Assembly (NCBI GenBank): GCA_012295275.1
Contig: CM022670.1
Span: 19,902,001 to 19,966,000 of the forward strand
Direction: 5' to 3'
DNA: 64,000 nt
DNA from: Chrysomallon squamiferum
Taxonomy: Eukaryota > Animalia > Mollusca
Of the stretch, positions 40,501 through 54,414 are shown piece by piece. Below the pieces are notes generated by a model. That model had not been told where the DNA came from and searched no databases. It saw nothing but the letters and a program-made list of their open reading frames with translations. Every line of letters starts with the position of its first letter. Position 1 is the first letter of the stretch. Position numbers and translations under genes: made by a program.

Positions 40501-42425
40501 TTATTTTGTACTTTTTTATTTTGGATTTCTTTGGTGTTTTTTTTTTTTTTGTTTTGTTTTTTCAATCCCGAAGTGTCTAGCCGTCTTCGGTCTCCTTTAT
40601 TAATATTTTACTGTTCCTTTTTAAAGAGCCGCTCGCGAGCCTTAGCTATCGAAACAAGTCGCTGTTTGTTGATAGCGGTTTTAAATGTATAGTCCAGATT
40701 TCGTGGAGCTCCATACCTAATTTGCAGGACTACGTCAAAACTGGTCACTGGATGGGAAGAAATATTGCAGAATGATCGTCCATTAAACGGCTAGGCCAAA
40801 TTTATGATTCAATTACAAAGGAGACAGACGATGTTTAGTGTTGGACTCTGCGAGCATTGAATCATGATGTAAACACAGCTCTAAATTTAAATCCAAGTCA
40901 CGCGTTCTTTAATCATTACAATCTGACGACTGGAACTTCTGCTTACAGATCGTGTCCCTCTGCCTTAAAGAAGAAGAGTTTCACTATAATATATTTTAGT
41001 GTTCACTTCAGCAACCTACTAAAAATACACAAATGAACGGGCTGTAGCTCCATGGTCACATAATTAGTTTCTGTTTGAAGTGTAACAGGATCAATCATCC
41101 ATATTGTACATAATAGTATTAAAATATGTCCTGCTAAAGTTACGATATGTATTTTTTGGCAAAGACCTATTGTTGCTGATAAAGGAGTTGCGATAGTTAG
41201 TTTCCTCTCACATTATACAAAAACCCTTTACCTTTGTAGAATATCACTGTTAATAACACAATAGAATGCAATCTTGTTCTTACACAAAAGTTCACAAAAA
41301 TGTCAATAACCCTGCTTTTAATAAAAGAGCTGGCTCATGTAGCCCTTCGGTTAGAATTGCTACAGATTGCTTGATCGATTCTTACCAATTAATTATTTCA
41401 GTTATTTGTTATTTTTTTCTTTATTTGCTAATCCTGAGCTAAGAAAAAAATCTGCTTTGTATTTTCGTAAAACGAAGATAAAAATATCACTTATTGGTTT
41501 TTGTTTCGCAATAAGATAGTAATGGCAAATTTAGATTAACCTCCATACTTGAAAATAAATTCGATATTCCCTAACGACTATTTAGTGAGTTCGCTAAACG
41601 AACATATTTAATCATTTTTTATTCTTGATTAATATCAAACTAATCTTTGAAATTGCAATTTCTCATTAATGTATTTATATACCTACACCTACGAGACCCA
41701 AGAGTCAATGTGTTTTATATGCCGGGATTTCTATAAACATTTATTCATCCATCCATTGGGACCAGTTTTACTATGTAATAAAAATTATGTTTCTATTCCC
41801 CTCTCAGTATTCAGCTAATAATTCAAATCCAGTCTCTGTGGATTCGTTAAATAAGGACAACAATTAATAATAATCTGGAAAGCACGGAAAACAAATACTT
41901 TGACAAGAAATCTTCCGTCTGCGTAATTCCTCCAAAGCTGAAGTCTGACTTAGCTTTTAAGTATGTCCGCTCTAAGAAATTCCATTATTCAAGTTAACTT
42001 ACGTCTCCTTACTTTCGATATGGACAAGTAGCTTGTAAACATTTTTGGGGTCATCTCTGGGAAAACATTAATCCCAGAAAGCTTTAACAAACCCATTTAA
42101 AGATTTGGACAGAAATCAAAAGTGGTATTTGATCTACATTTTAACAGTCTGCATTGCTTAGTTAGTGGAAATTAATACGACGGTAAGTAAACACTTTCCA
42201 CCAGTTTACTTCCTGAATTTCTTAACTAAATATACGTAGCGAGTGAAATATGGGAAATGAATTAAGGAGTAATTATTTTAATGGAACTGATAGTTTTACA
42301 TACACTCTATTCGATGAGAGTGATACCGCTTTCTGGATTTAAATATATGTATGTGTTATGAAAATTGTGAGTGTTTCTCTTTATGTATATATGTGTGTGT
42401 ATATGTATGTATGTATGTATGTATG

Positions 42426-42459
<34 letters not shown>

Positions 42460-43496
42460 TGTATGTATGAATGAATGTATGTATGTATGTATGTATGTAT
42501 GTTTGTATGATTGTGGCTGGTAACATAATGCCGTTGCCGCTACGTTCTAAATGATAATAATTGAACGTCCTCGCGAACCTTTTTCGTTATAACAACAGAA
42601 TTCAGAATAAAGAACAGACGAAAAATAGCTTGAAAAGTAAATCCTCAATTGCAGATTAACTGTCAGCTTTCTGATTACAATTTATACCAGCCTCATAAAA
42701 CTGCCATCCTGCCAAAGAGAAATGGCACGTACATCTAAATGCTTGGTTTTCTGCCCACTTGCCGTAAAATGGAAAGATTAAGTATTTGGGACGCTGACGT
42801 CCCTACAATAAATTGAATATTTTTATAGGCAAAAATAAGAGTCCTAACTAGCATTTCCTGTCTGAGGATTTATTAATTTTTGCCTTTTCTGTCTCTCTGT
42901 CTCTGCTTTTCTCTCTTTTAATTTTTTCATTCACAGCTGGTTCTTTCTATTCCTTCTTCTTTCGCTTTTTATTCCTCCATTTTCTCTTTCACTCTTTCTC
43001 TTTATTTCTATATCTTATTTTATCTCTTCTTTTATCCCTCTTTCTTTCTTTTCTTTCGTCTTTCTCCCTCGTATTCTCTCTCTCTCTCTATTTCTATTTC
43101 TTTCAACTTCTCTCTCTATCTGATACAATTTTGTTCGCTTGTAAATGGCTGTCTTTCCACCTTAGTTTCTGAACAATTTCTGAAAGGTTTCTGTCACAAA
43201 TGTCTGCTTCCAATTACCGCTAGAACGCAACATCCAAGTTTGAGAAAAGAGACAATCTGCATGATGGTAGAAGCATTAGTTCCTCCACACAATATCTGTG
43301 GGATTGCTATCGTAGCACACTCTTTCCAAAATTGAATGGTAGCTGCTGATCTATACTATCTGTTATGAGTACGCAACCATTTTCTTTTCAAGAAAAATTA
43401 CACATTTTATTTTTGGATAACAGTGTCCCTTAGTAACTGATATTCGAAGTTTACATTTTTTTTTATAGTTTAATGGACATACGGCAGAACCAGATT

Positions 43497-43532
<36 letters not shown>

Positions 43533-46500
43533 TTGTTGCTGTTGCTGGTAATTTTGTTTTTAATGAAGTTGAAAAATATTATTTTAAGAAAACAAGAATA
43601 CTACAGGTCATTTTATATATATATCAATACAGTAATTATAATAATTAAATCAATGCTTCAGATATAACAGTCTATTCAAACTTTATCAAAATGAACTAGC
43701 TGAAAAAAAAAAAGCAGTGCTTTATAAATCTACTCATTCGATACCGACATTAGAAAACGAGATTTTTGTTTTTGAGTTTATCATATTATAAGACGTAAGT
43801 GCCAAAATTTCAGAATAGTTTGAGTCGCATAATTCCAGATTCACAGTATTATTTTACTTTCAACAACCCGGTGTAAGTCAGCAACGTCAAAAGTCTTTTC
43901 ACGCCATTGTAGTGTTGCGAATGGCGAAGACATAAGTATCAAATGTTCAGAATAACTTAACTTAATATAAGGCACGCGTAGATCACACATGTTGCCATCT
44001 CATATGCTTCCGGTTTTACCCTGTTGTTTCACTCTCATAGTACAAACCATTAATTATAACGAATCATCAACAAAACTACTAATGACAGATCATTTCCTGT
44101 GTAAGTCGACAATGTCAAAAGTCCTTTCACGCCATTGTGGTGTTGTGAATGGTGATGAGTTTGGTTCAAATAAGGACAGTGGTCTTCTTTTAGTCACGGG
44201 GATGATGACTTCCCAGACTTGTTGATAGAGACAGCAATGGGTATTGTTTGAGACCATGCTGACTTAATTTCTTTCTGCAGTTTATTTCCTTCTGGGATTC
44301 CAATCGATGAGTTGCTTTTATGAAAACCTGCTACATGTATTATTTCAGACGTCCGTATTTTAATAATAATACGTTTCCAAATCAACAGTGATATTTCTTG
44401 CTATATGTAAAATGATGAGTCTTTTTTTAGTTAGTTTATTTGTTTTTGGTGCTCTTTTGATGGGGATTACTTGTGAATATCTACTGTTATTATTACTTTA
44501 AAAAAAATATCCTGGTATTTTTATAATTTCATTTCAGATGTTTGCTTACAAACCAGCAAATCAGTAATGAAATACTTTAATGTGTTAAAGTTATTGGTTG
44601 TTTTGGGGCTGTTTTGGGGGGGAAGGGGAGTTGTTTTTGTTGTTGTTGTTTTTAAATGCATTAAACGATAAAAGGGTTTTCATAACTTCTAAATAAATAA
44701 CTTTTCTATATAAAGTTAGTTAATGAGGTTTGTTGTTCTTTTTTTTAAATGTTTTAATTTTTAATTTTTTTTTTTTTCAGTCAGTATAATTATTAATTCT
44801 GACTGACAAAACCTATCACTGAAACCAGATGCACGATATTTCAGTAGCAGTGTATCATGGGTAGGCATTCTTTCTGGGATTGATCAAAAGCAACTTCAGT
44901 TTACTTCGATAACAAACATTGCATGACCCGGAACGTCATTTCAATTCAACGGAAAGCAAAATAGACCCTTTGAAGTCAAATCGTCCATTAAAATGATTCG
45001 TTTTGCAGAGGTAATTCCATTTCTTATCGCGAATTTCCGTAAGGCATTTGTTTACACGGAACCAACAGACAAAACGGCATCCAGTTCTGAATAAAACGTC
45101 ATGATCCCCAGAATTCATTTTGCAAAGATTTTGATTTAGTTTTACCATTCACTCTAATACTGATAACTAAGGTTAAATATTACTTTCTTCATCTCATTGT
45201 CGGAACGTCTCGACTGCCCGACCATGATAATCCCAGCAGGTTATCGAGTTTTTTAGATATTTTGAGAAAGAATGTTTTGTAAGCATTATTTCTTTTAAAT
45301 ACCGTTAAAACGGAAGCATTGGACATTCTGAAGATAGTCTCTTTTTCAAGAATGCAAACGTTTAGTCTTTTATTAAACCATATTAAGTACTGAGATCGGC
45401 GGTTCCACGCCGTTAGTTTTTAGACTGCTGGACTAGGGGATCAACACTTCAAAAGATGCCCTTCCTGGCCCCGATGTAGCATACCAGTTAAACCTAACCT
45501 TTTGACAGAATCCCAGCGTGTATAAAACCTGACTAAAATGAAAATATATTTATTGTTTGAATATATTTAAGAACAAAAATCTGCTTTAGAATACAGAATT
45601 TCTATCTGAGACTACGCTAGTTAATAATATTGGGTCATTCCACTTACAGTGTGTACGAAAATCATGATTTCATCTTAAAAGTAATTACATGCGGTCACAA
45701 ATGATTCAGTATTTCTGTATTAATACTAGAAAAAAACTTTAACCAACATAACTGAAAGACAGTAATCAGGAAAAGCAATTGTTATATGCGATAAGAAAAG
45801 GACGGTGGAAATGTAACAGACAAACTGAAATTCAAATGAAATAAGCATTCTTCAAAAGTATCGACATCTGTTTCAAAATTGGTTCGAATTACTTCCATAA
45901 CAATACATTGTGGTATGGTTTCTTCGGTGTGACGCGCCTGTAAAATGTTAATATGAAAGAGACAAGAGAAAGATTTAGACAAAATGTTTAAGAACCTACA
46001 TTGGTTTTTGTAAATAGAGAGGAACAGAAATAGACAGACTGAAAGATAATGAACATACAGAGACTGAAATTGTGCGAAAACAAGAATATTATTATTAGTA
46101 TTTCTAAATGAATGCGTGGGTTTGTAGATGTGGTTATCAAAAGTGAAAACATTACCAAATATTGTAGATAACAGCACTCGTAGATGAATTCGAAAACCAG
46201 GCTTCCGGTTAATAATAACAAGTAATAAGAAATGTAGCTGCTAAAGAAGTGTCTACATAAAAAATTATAACTTGAATAATACTGTTTTACAGTAATAACT
46301 TCTTTTTTTAACCGGACTATTTTTCACAAGGTGGCAAATATATAAATATATATTAAGATATATGTTATCATACTACTGTACGCAGAGATTTAAAATATTA
46401 TCAGAGCCATAATTAACAGACGTTTTGGTCAATAGTCCATTTTCGTTCACGAACAACAGTGGTCATTTATGGATTATTTCTTGCGACTTCCTGAAATTCT

Positions 46501-48935
46501 CTATACTTTATCGACTAAACCAAAAAAAAAAAATCATTTCCAACTTGGCGCCATTTCAGATTTGTGTGTTAAATTAAAGATTTCCGTGCCGGTCTGGCGA
46601 AAACATGTTCGTGAAATTTGTATTATTCAGTGTTCAAAAACTAAATGTTTACACCTTATTAAAATTAGAACGTTGACAAGCACAAAATCTATAGTCAGAA
46701 ATCATAATAATATTTCAGTTTAAATTTATATGCTTTACAACTTTCGGAAACTTTAAATGGCTAAACTGTAAGATCTGTTCTTCTTCACATTTTAAGAAAA
46801 CTCAGAATAAATGAATTAGTTTTCGAGATTCAAAGACAGAGACACAGACAGACCAACCCTCCTATAACATTCACACACATTCATGTATATAATTAATTTG
46901 TAAAAAAGAAACATACTCATACATACATACATACATACAGAGAGACAGGCAGACTGACAGTCAGACAAACATTATACAGCTCACATAGACACAAAAACAT
47001 ATATGTTTAATTATATACTAACCGCAGTAAAAGGTATTTTTAAAATGGCCACACGTTAATGCAACTAGAAATTTTCTTAACATCTGTAACTTTATCCTTG
47101 TTTATCGTAATGGATTACTGATCGATTTTAGCCGTCTTGTCCTTGTAAATACCTATTCTGATTCGTAAAATCCCTGCAATTTGCGAGTACCCATTTTACT
47201 TAATGAGTGTGTAATAAAATTTGGAAATGTCATTACTTTCTTACATTAAATAAAATCACATCAATCGTATCTGGTAAAAGAGCTGCGTGCTCAGAAATAA
47301 CTTTGAAAGAGCCAACAGCAAAGGCTAATACCCGTATACATAAATTCACTAAGTTTAAATATCTGATTCATCATACAACATTTTTGATTATTTTAAAGAC
47401 GTTGTCGAAATAAGTAAAATATTTTTTTATTTTTTTTATTTTTATTTTTTTAAATTATCAAAAGACAGCTTCATGTTTAAGATAAGGGTAACATGAGTGC
47501 AACTGAGTCAAGCTGGATGGAATAAAAACATTTGTGTGGGTTATGTGTTTTTTTATTGTATATAGCCTGTACTCGTTATTTCAAAAAACAAAATTGCCAT
47601 CTAAAAGTCCTGTTACAAATGCCACTTCATTCCAGTACAAATAAATAAGTAAGCAATGACCAGGAGACGAGGAAAGAAAAAAAATGAAGAAAAGATAAGA
47701 AAAGAAAGGAAGAATAACACAAAGAAAAAAGAAGAATGAAAAATATTCTGTCTAAATAACTGAAATTTAAGAAGTTATTTTTTATGTATATAACGGTAAG
47801 TTTTATGTTAGCTGGATAGGATTTTGAGACCAATTTTTAATTTCGATAATTTTATATTTTCCACATTTTTTTTTTTTTTTTTTTTTTTTTTGGCGCCTCT
47901 CAGTGGTTAAATATTGGTTTGTTTGTTTGGGGTTTTTTGTTGGTATTTTTTTGTTGTTGTTTTGTTTTTTAAAACTCATATAAAACAAAAACACGCATCC
48001 ATTCAAAAATGTCTAATGAAAAAACTTCGATAGTTCGGTAAATAGTATGTTGGCTTTAAGTTAGATTGCCACTCTCCACAGTAAGTAAATTACATAACTA
48101 TTATAGGATAACCGCATAGTGAGGCCATGATCAAAGTAAGAATGATAACAGAATATTCTATGCGGAAAGAGATACAAGTTTATTAAAATCGATACCCACA
48201 GAGAAAACTAATGCTCTAATTATCTCATACGAGAAAAACACTCACTTATTTCCTTCGTGATAACAGCGTCTACGAATAGAACTGATAAATACGGTCAGAA
48301 AATTAGTGTTTACTTGTGTTATAGTGATAGTTACATCTAATTCACGTACTTATTCAACAGATGCAATCTAAGCTCCACCTAGAAACTATTTTGCCCGACC
48401 CTTCTTTATTTAGTTTTTTTTTTTCTTTTATAACGAAATGTATTTCATCTTGAAAGTTTTTTCTAACCTAATTTCGAATAACTTCCTTTTCTTTAATCTC
48501 ATAATAAAGATATTTTAAGATACTTGATGTAATTTATGTAGCTGTACGTGTGGCTAAGTGTATGTACTGAGAGAGAGAGGGAGTGAGCGTGATTAATGAT
48601 AAGTCTTAAAATTAGTTATTTAACGCCAATGTTTTTTTATTGTTCATGGCGTCTTCTGTTGAAAAGACTAATGACATTGTTTATCTGTGCTGTCATTTTT
48701 GTACTGACTTCCTTTTCATGAAGAGTAATTAAAACTTTAACGGATCTCAAATCAGAACGGTCTATCATTAGTCGATTTTGTTATGTAGATAATCAAAATA
48801 ATCCGCCCATAATGGTTTCCTCACATGCTGAAACTTAAAATCAGCTCAAGAATGATGTCATTTAATGTAGTGGGTCGCAGTTTTAAGCTCTTAATTCGTT
48901 GAATTACTCAGGCTAAATCCCATTCTAGCTACAGA

Positions 48936-49086
<151 letters not shown>

Positions 49087-49924
49087 TGAGAGAGATATGT
49101 TGAAATTTGTTCATTCTAAAATCACCTCAGCTGAAGGCTATTCATTCTAGGGCCTCATCAGCTGAAGCCGTTCATGCTAAAAATTACCTCAGTCTTTCTA
49201 AGATCACCGAATAGTTACGTTGGTCGAGGCGCAACTAATTTTAAAATCATCCGGGACGAATCGTTATCCCAAAGATGGATAATGAAATATTTTACATTAC
49301 AAATGACTACAAACCTCGGATGATTGACTGATTGTACCTATCATATTTTGATATATTTGTAATTTGTGATTATGGTTTTCTTCTAATATTTCTTATGTGA
49401 ACAACGAAATGATAATTCACAAATTGTCAAATTTTTATCTGTGCTATAATATATCTAAATGTTTGATTGTATTATATAAAATATACGTGCGAAAAAATTG
49501 AATTTTACATTTACATTTAATTGTCTTCTGCTGTTGTTAATTGCACATAATAAGGACTATATAACTATTGTAATTATCATAGATAAAGACATTTTTCTTG
49601 CTGAATTAGTGGTTTCATTGAAGAGTCAAATGGCTAACGATAACCTTTGAAGTTATTTTTTTTTCTTTTTTTGTCTGATACTTATGTAAATGTTTTCATC
49701 AAACAAAATGTCTTTATTTTCATAATGTCAATTTAGTATATAGGTAAATCGTCGGCCATCGGAATTTACTGACTTCTCCTTTCATAATATATCAGAAAAT
49801 CAACCGATATACACGCTACTGAAATTGTATGCAACATGAAAAGAATGAAAAAGTCTGAAAAAAAGTGTAATAATTATTTGATATGTTAGTAAGTATTAAT
49901 TACAGTATTCTCTTCTATTTTTTT

Positions 49925-49973
<49 letters not shown>

Positions 49974-50159
49974 TACGTTTTGCTTTCAGTAAAATTATAT
50001 CCATTTAAATTCGAATTTATACATATTTAAAACACACATGAGCTGAAACTCGAAGTAGCTTGATGGTCATAATCCATTTAATGTGTTTAAAATAATTATA
50101 AATATTATAAATACTACTACTACTACTACTACTACTACTCCTACTACTGCTACTACTAC

Positions 50160-50190
<31 letters not shown>

Positions 50191-50362
50191 AATAAATAAA
50201 TAACAGTAATCTTAGTCGTCAGATCATATTTTAAAGGCTGAGATGTGTAAATACGTATGATGCAATACTTACATATTCAAGGGTGTCAGTATCGTTGTAT
50301 CATTCATTTTTCAAATATAAATTGAAAGTGAATGAGATAGACAAATGATAAAATCGTCTTAC

Positions 50363-50746
50363 CTTAACAGGTACGCAGATTAGCACTAGCAGGAGATCCG
50401 CCGAAGCAAGACTGGTCAAAAAGGCGTTGGTGATGCTGCGGAGACGTCTGTAACGACATACAGCGAAGATGACGAGGAAGTTGCCACAGATGCCGAACAC
50501 AAGAGTGATGCTGTAGGCTAGTGATACGGGAATTACTTCATGAAGTGGGATATTCGAAACAGCGGAATCGTAATCGTAATCATAGTCATAGATGTAGTCT
50601 TGATTATTCAATGCCGTAGTCGTTGACGTGTTATCCAAAATATCAGTGTAGTTCCAAGTATTGGACAGTGATGACTGAGTCACAATATCGCTAACGTTTC
50701 CAGGAAAAAAGTTTGTATTTGATTCTGTGAAATTTAACGTCTCCAT
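50363..50746 (-). CDS. GPCR-B exon 1: N-terminus, TM1, TM2
   Basis: ATG at 50746; 384 nt ending AAG|gtaaga. Reads METLNFTES…YDYDYDYD…VIPVSLAYSITLVFGICGNFLVIFAVCRYRRLRSITNAFLTSLASADLLLVLICVPVK, with GN1.50, LAxAD2.50 and four N-glycosylation sequons. Confidence 0.95.
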
Positions 50747-51074
50747 TGCACTTAGGTGATTTAGTTTTTTTTTTCTAAATTAATATTTACCAACTTTTCT
50801 TCTCTTTTTTTTGGTGATAATTACCCAAAGAATTAAAAAAATATATTTCCACTTTTTAAAATTAAACTTTCTTCTAAAGAAAAAAATATTTTTGCTATTG
50901 TTATGTATTTGAGAACTACATATTTTCCGTGCGGGCGATTTTAGGGGAAAAAACCAATTTGCTATCCAAATTGACGATCAGAATTACTCTCTCTTTTTTT
51001 CTCTTTTTTTTTTTCTTTCGGTTATTTGGACTTAATCGTATTCAGTGATATTTTTGCATCAACACATCATTTCT

Positions 51075-51310
51075 AACTATGCTGGCTCGCAATATATGAC
51101 AAGAAGAGATGGTACTTCCGTTCCTCTAATACCATTTCGATCAATGACGTGTGTAGATAAGAACGACGACTGCCAATGGGTGTCGCTTCCCACAGTTTGC
51201 TAACGTTCTCAATCGTTCGTTGTTGATTCGCGTGCTGGCTTCGACCACGTGGGTTTTTAGTTTCCAGCTCCACGCCAACAAGACGCAACGATAAGCAACG
51301 AAAAGAAGCA
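51075..51310 (-). promoter_or_regulatory. CpG-rich unique segment upstream of the GPCR-B ATG: probable 5'UTR or proximal promoter
   Basis: Locally GC/CpG-rich island 330-560 nt upstream of the ATG, containing CACGTG and TGACGT motifs. The TSS cannot be placed. Confidence 0.35.
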
Positions 51311-52411
51311 AACAAAAAACAATGGTCCTTTTAACATGAAAAATACGTTTTTCTATGAATTAAATATAGAAATATGTGTTTATAAGAATTTTATTTTTCT
51401 CGTATGTGTCTCCTGTTTGTTTTGACGGTTTTTTGTATATTTTTTGAGGGTTTCGTCCTTTTATCTTCATTCTTTTTTTTTTATCTTCATGCACTATTTT
51501 TTTTTTTTTCTTTATTTATTTGATTTTTTCTTCTTATATTTTTTTACGAAAATGTGTTTCTATTTCACTTCCTTTATTATTTCTCATTTCTACATCACTG
51601 AAAAAAAAATGTGTAAAAAAAAAAATACAAATACATTGATGTATTCATAAACATAAAGGTAAATATAGAAAAACTATATGAACATTCAAATACTAAAGCG
51701 TATTAGACATAATTGGTACAATAGTAAATATAAAATAAGTCATACAGTTATTGCCTTTATCACGAAAAAAAATAATCAAACATTTTCAGCTAATAAAATA
51801 GAACATTAACACTGTTCAGTGCTGGATAAACAATTTAAAAAACAAATTCGTAATATGTAAATATTAAAAATTAGATTTTTATTAAACAATAATATATTAT
51901 AATCATCATCATCATCATCACCATCATTTAAAATGTTGTTGTGGTTTTAAATTATAATACTAAAAAATACTAAAGAAGTGTTCACACTATACAACTCACT
52001 GAAAATTAAAATTTGTGTACGTCTCTTAAACATCAAAAATTAAATACCTAATTCAGTTTACACACTCGATTAAAACAAGGATAATATGTCACATTAACAA
52101 TGTTTACGTCATTGTTAATAAGTCAAGAAAATGCATATCTCCTTTATGGAAAGCCAGGTGGGTATACTTTACAATAATTGCATTATTTTCAATACTTTTT
52201 TTGTAATTGGACGCATGACAGTGATGCTAATACATTGTTACTTATATCATGGAAGAAACTGATTATGATAAGTATTAAAGGTTTAGTAATCTAAAAGTTG
52301 TCTGACACCGGTAAACCTGAAATTATACTCCGTCGTGTTTTTGTTTAGCTAAGTACTTATCTCTGTAATCTGAGAATGTTTCTGACCGATTATGTGGTCA
52401 TCGATCTGTGT

Positions 52412-52463
<52 letters not shown>

Positions 52464-53030
52464 TATACTTATATTTTTCTGTTTCAGTAATACTTCTACT
52501 CTAGAAAATACTTCTGTATTTTAATGTTTCTTTAAACAGCCACCTGATGCCATAAAACTCATTTTTTATACCCCTTCTTTTTAAAATCCTATCATAGCAT
52601 TCGGAGTCTTGTCTTTAATTTCCCTTTGGATATTCCGTTAAGAAAAGAATCCATACACCCATGCCCTCTGCGAAATATAGCTTTGCCAAAAAGAGAAATT
52701 AAGTAAACATTTTATTGCAAAGCTATGACTATTCTGCAACACAAGCCAAAGGTAATAGCTTTGATTCTCGTCTGGATGCCAGATGTATATGCTTTTTTTC
52801 TCATATATCAGCCAATGTATTCATTAACATATGATAAGATTATTCTTACTTTTATTTATTTTTTCATTTTTTTATTTCGTTGTTGTTGTTGTTGTTGTTA
52901 TTGCTCCAGTATTTATGGAAACATGCTGGTAAATCTTTTCTTTATTTTTAGTATGAGTAGTAGTAGCAGAAGTAATAGCAGTAGTAGTAGTAATAATAGA
53001 TGGTGTAGTAGAAGAAGTAGTAGTAGCGCG

Positions 53031-53080
<50 letters not shown>

Positions 53081-54329
53081 GGTTGTTGTTGTTGTTGTTG
53101 TTGTTATTTTTGTTAGTATTGTTATTATTATTATTTGTGTGTATTTTATATGCATAATTTGTTTAGGTAAGTAATCTGTTGATATTACTCTTTATACTCT
53201 TTCTTGTTCTCTTTGTCTCTTACTATATGTCCTTTTGTTTATATAATCTCTCTTTCGATTACTTTCTATTATCTCGTTTATTTTTTATTTATCTATCTGT
53301 CCTTTTATTTTTCACACTGTATATCTTTTATTAATCTAGTATATTTCCAGTATACAGTGTTTTTTATCAACAGAATACTTATTGTTCATACATGCTTAAC
53401 CCGTTTCATTAACTATCTTTTACATATACATGTATATGTATTTAAGTATGTGTAGAATAAATATCGGTATATGTGGTATGTATCTCATTCCAGTATGTAT
53501 TTGAGTGTATGCATATGTCGTGAGTGAATGCCTTGTCATTTATAGAATAGTCAGTTTTAAATTACTTCAAAACATATCGATAACAATCCAATTAAATGCG
53601 TATGGATCTTCAAAACAGTTTAAACAGCCTGAAAAGCTGTCGGTTTATCATCGTTTAGCAAGACGTCGAGTAAACATCTCCTAAATATTTCTCATAATTG
53701 GTCGACTAAACCTATATTGGTTCTGTTTTAGCTGATAGAAAGTCTATGATAATAAGCTACTTACTGTTACTGAACACTAAACTGAGTAAATTTAGTCAGT
53801 GACGTTATGCTGAATTTGCTCAGGGAAATCGAAATAACGACTATGACGAACTTGCACATATACAAATCTATAAATCATCGCAATGGAATTGTGTTTGTAG
53901 ATAGATAGATATTTATAACTAATTTTTATAGAAATATAAACGATTGCATATAATAAACTGAACGTAAATATGTTTATGCACAGATCTAGAAACGATCACA
54001 AGAATGTGTACAGATAGATAAATGATCATACTAATTCGTATATAGATTTTAAAAGACTATTCAAACTTGTAAATATAGATTGTAGCAAAGATACGTTATA
54101 CATACACCGTCTTTGCTAAACTGTTTATAGATTTACAGTATAAACGATCAGAATGAACTTTGTTGGTGTATTTTGCTTTGATTTGGAGCCCATTTTGTTT
54201 TGTTTGGTTTGGTTAATTGGGTTGTTATCTTCGCGTTTTCTTTTCATATTATATTTGACCATTTGTTTTCGACACCTCTGTCAGAATGTTTGTCATGCAC
54301 AATCAGTCTACCGTTCTACTATTTTAAAT

Positions 54330-54331
<2 letters not shown>

Positions 54332-54411
<80 letters not shown>
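54332..54411. repeat. (AG)n microsatellite
   Basis: Directly visible. Confidence 0.95.
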
Positions 54412-54414
<3 letters not shown>

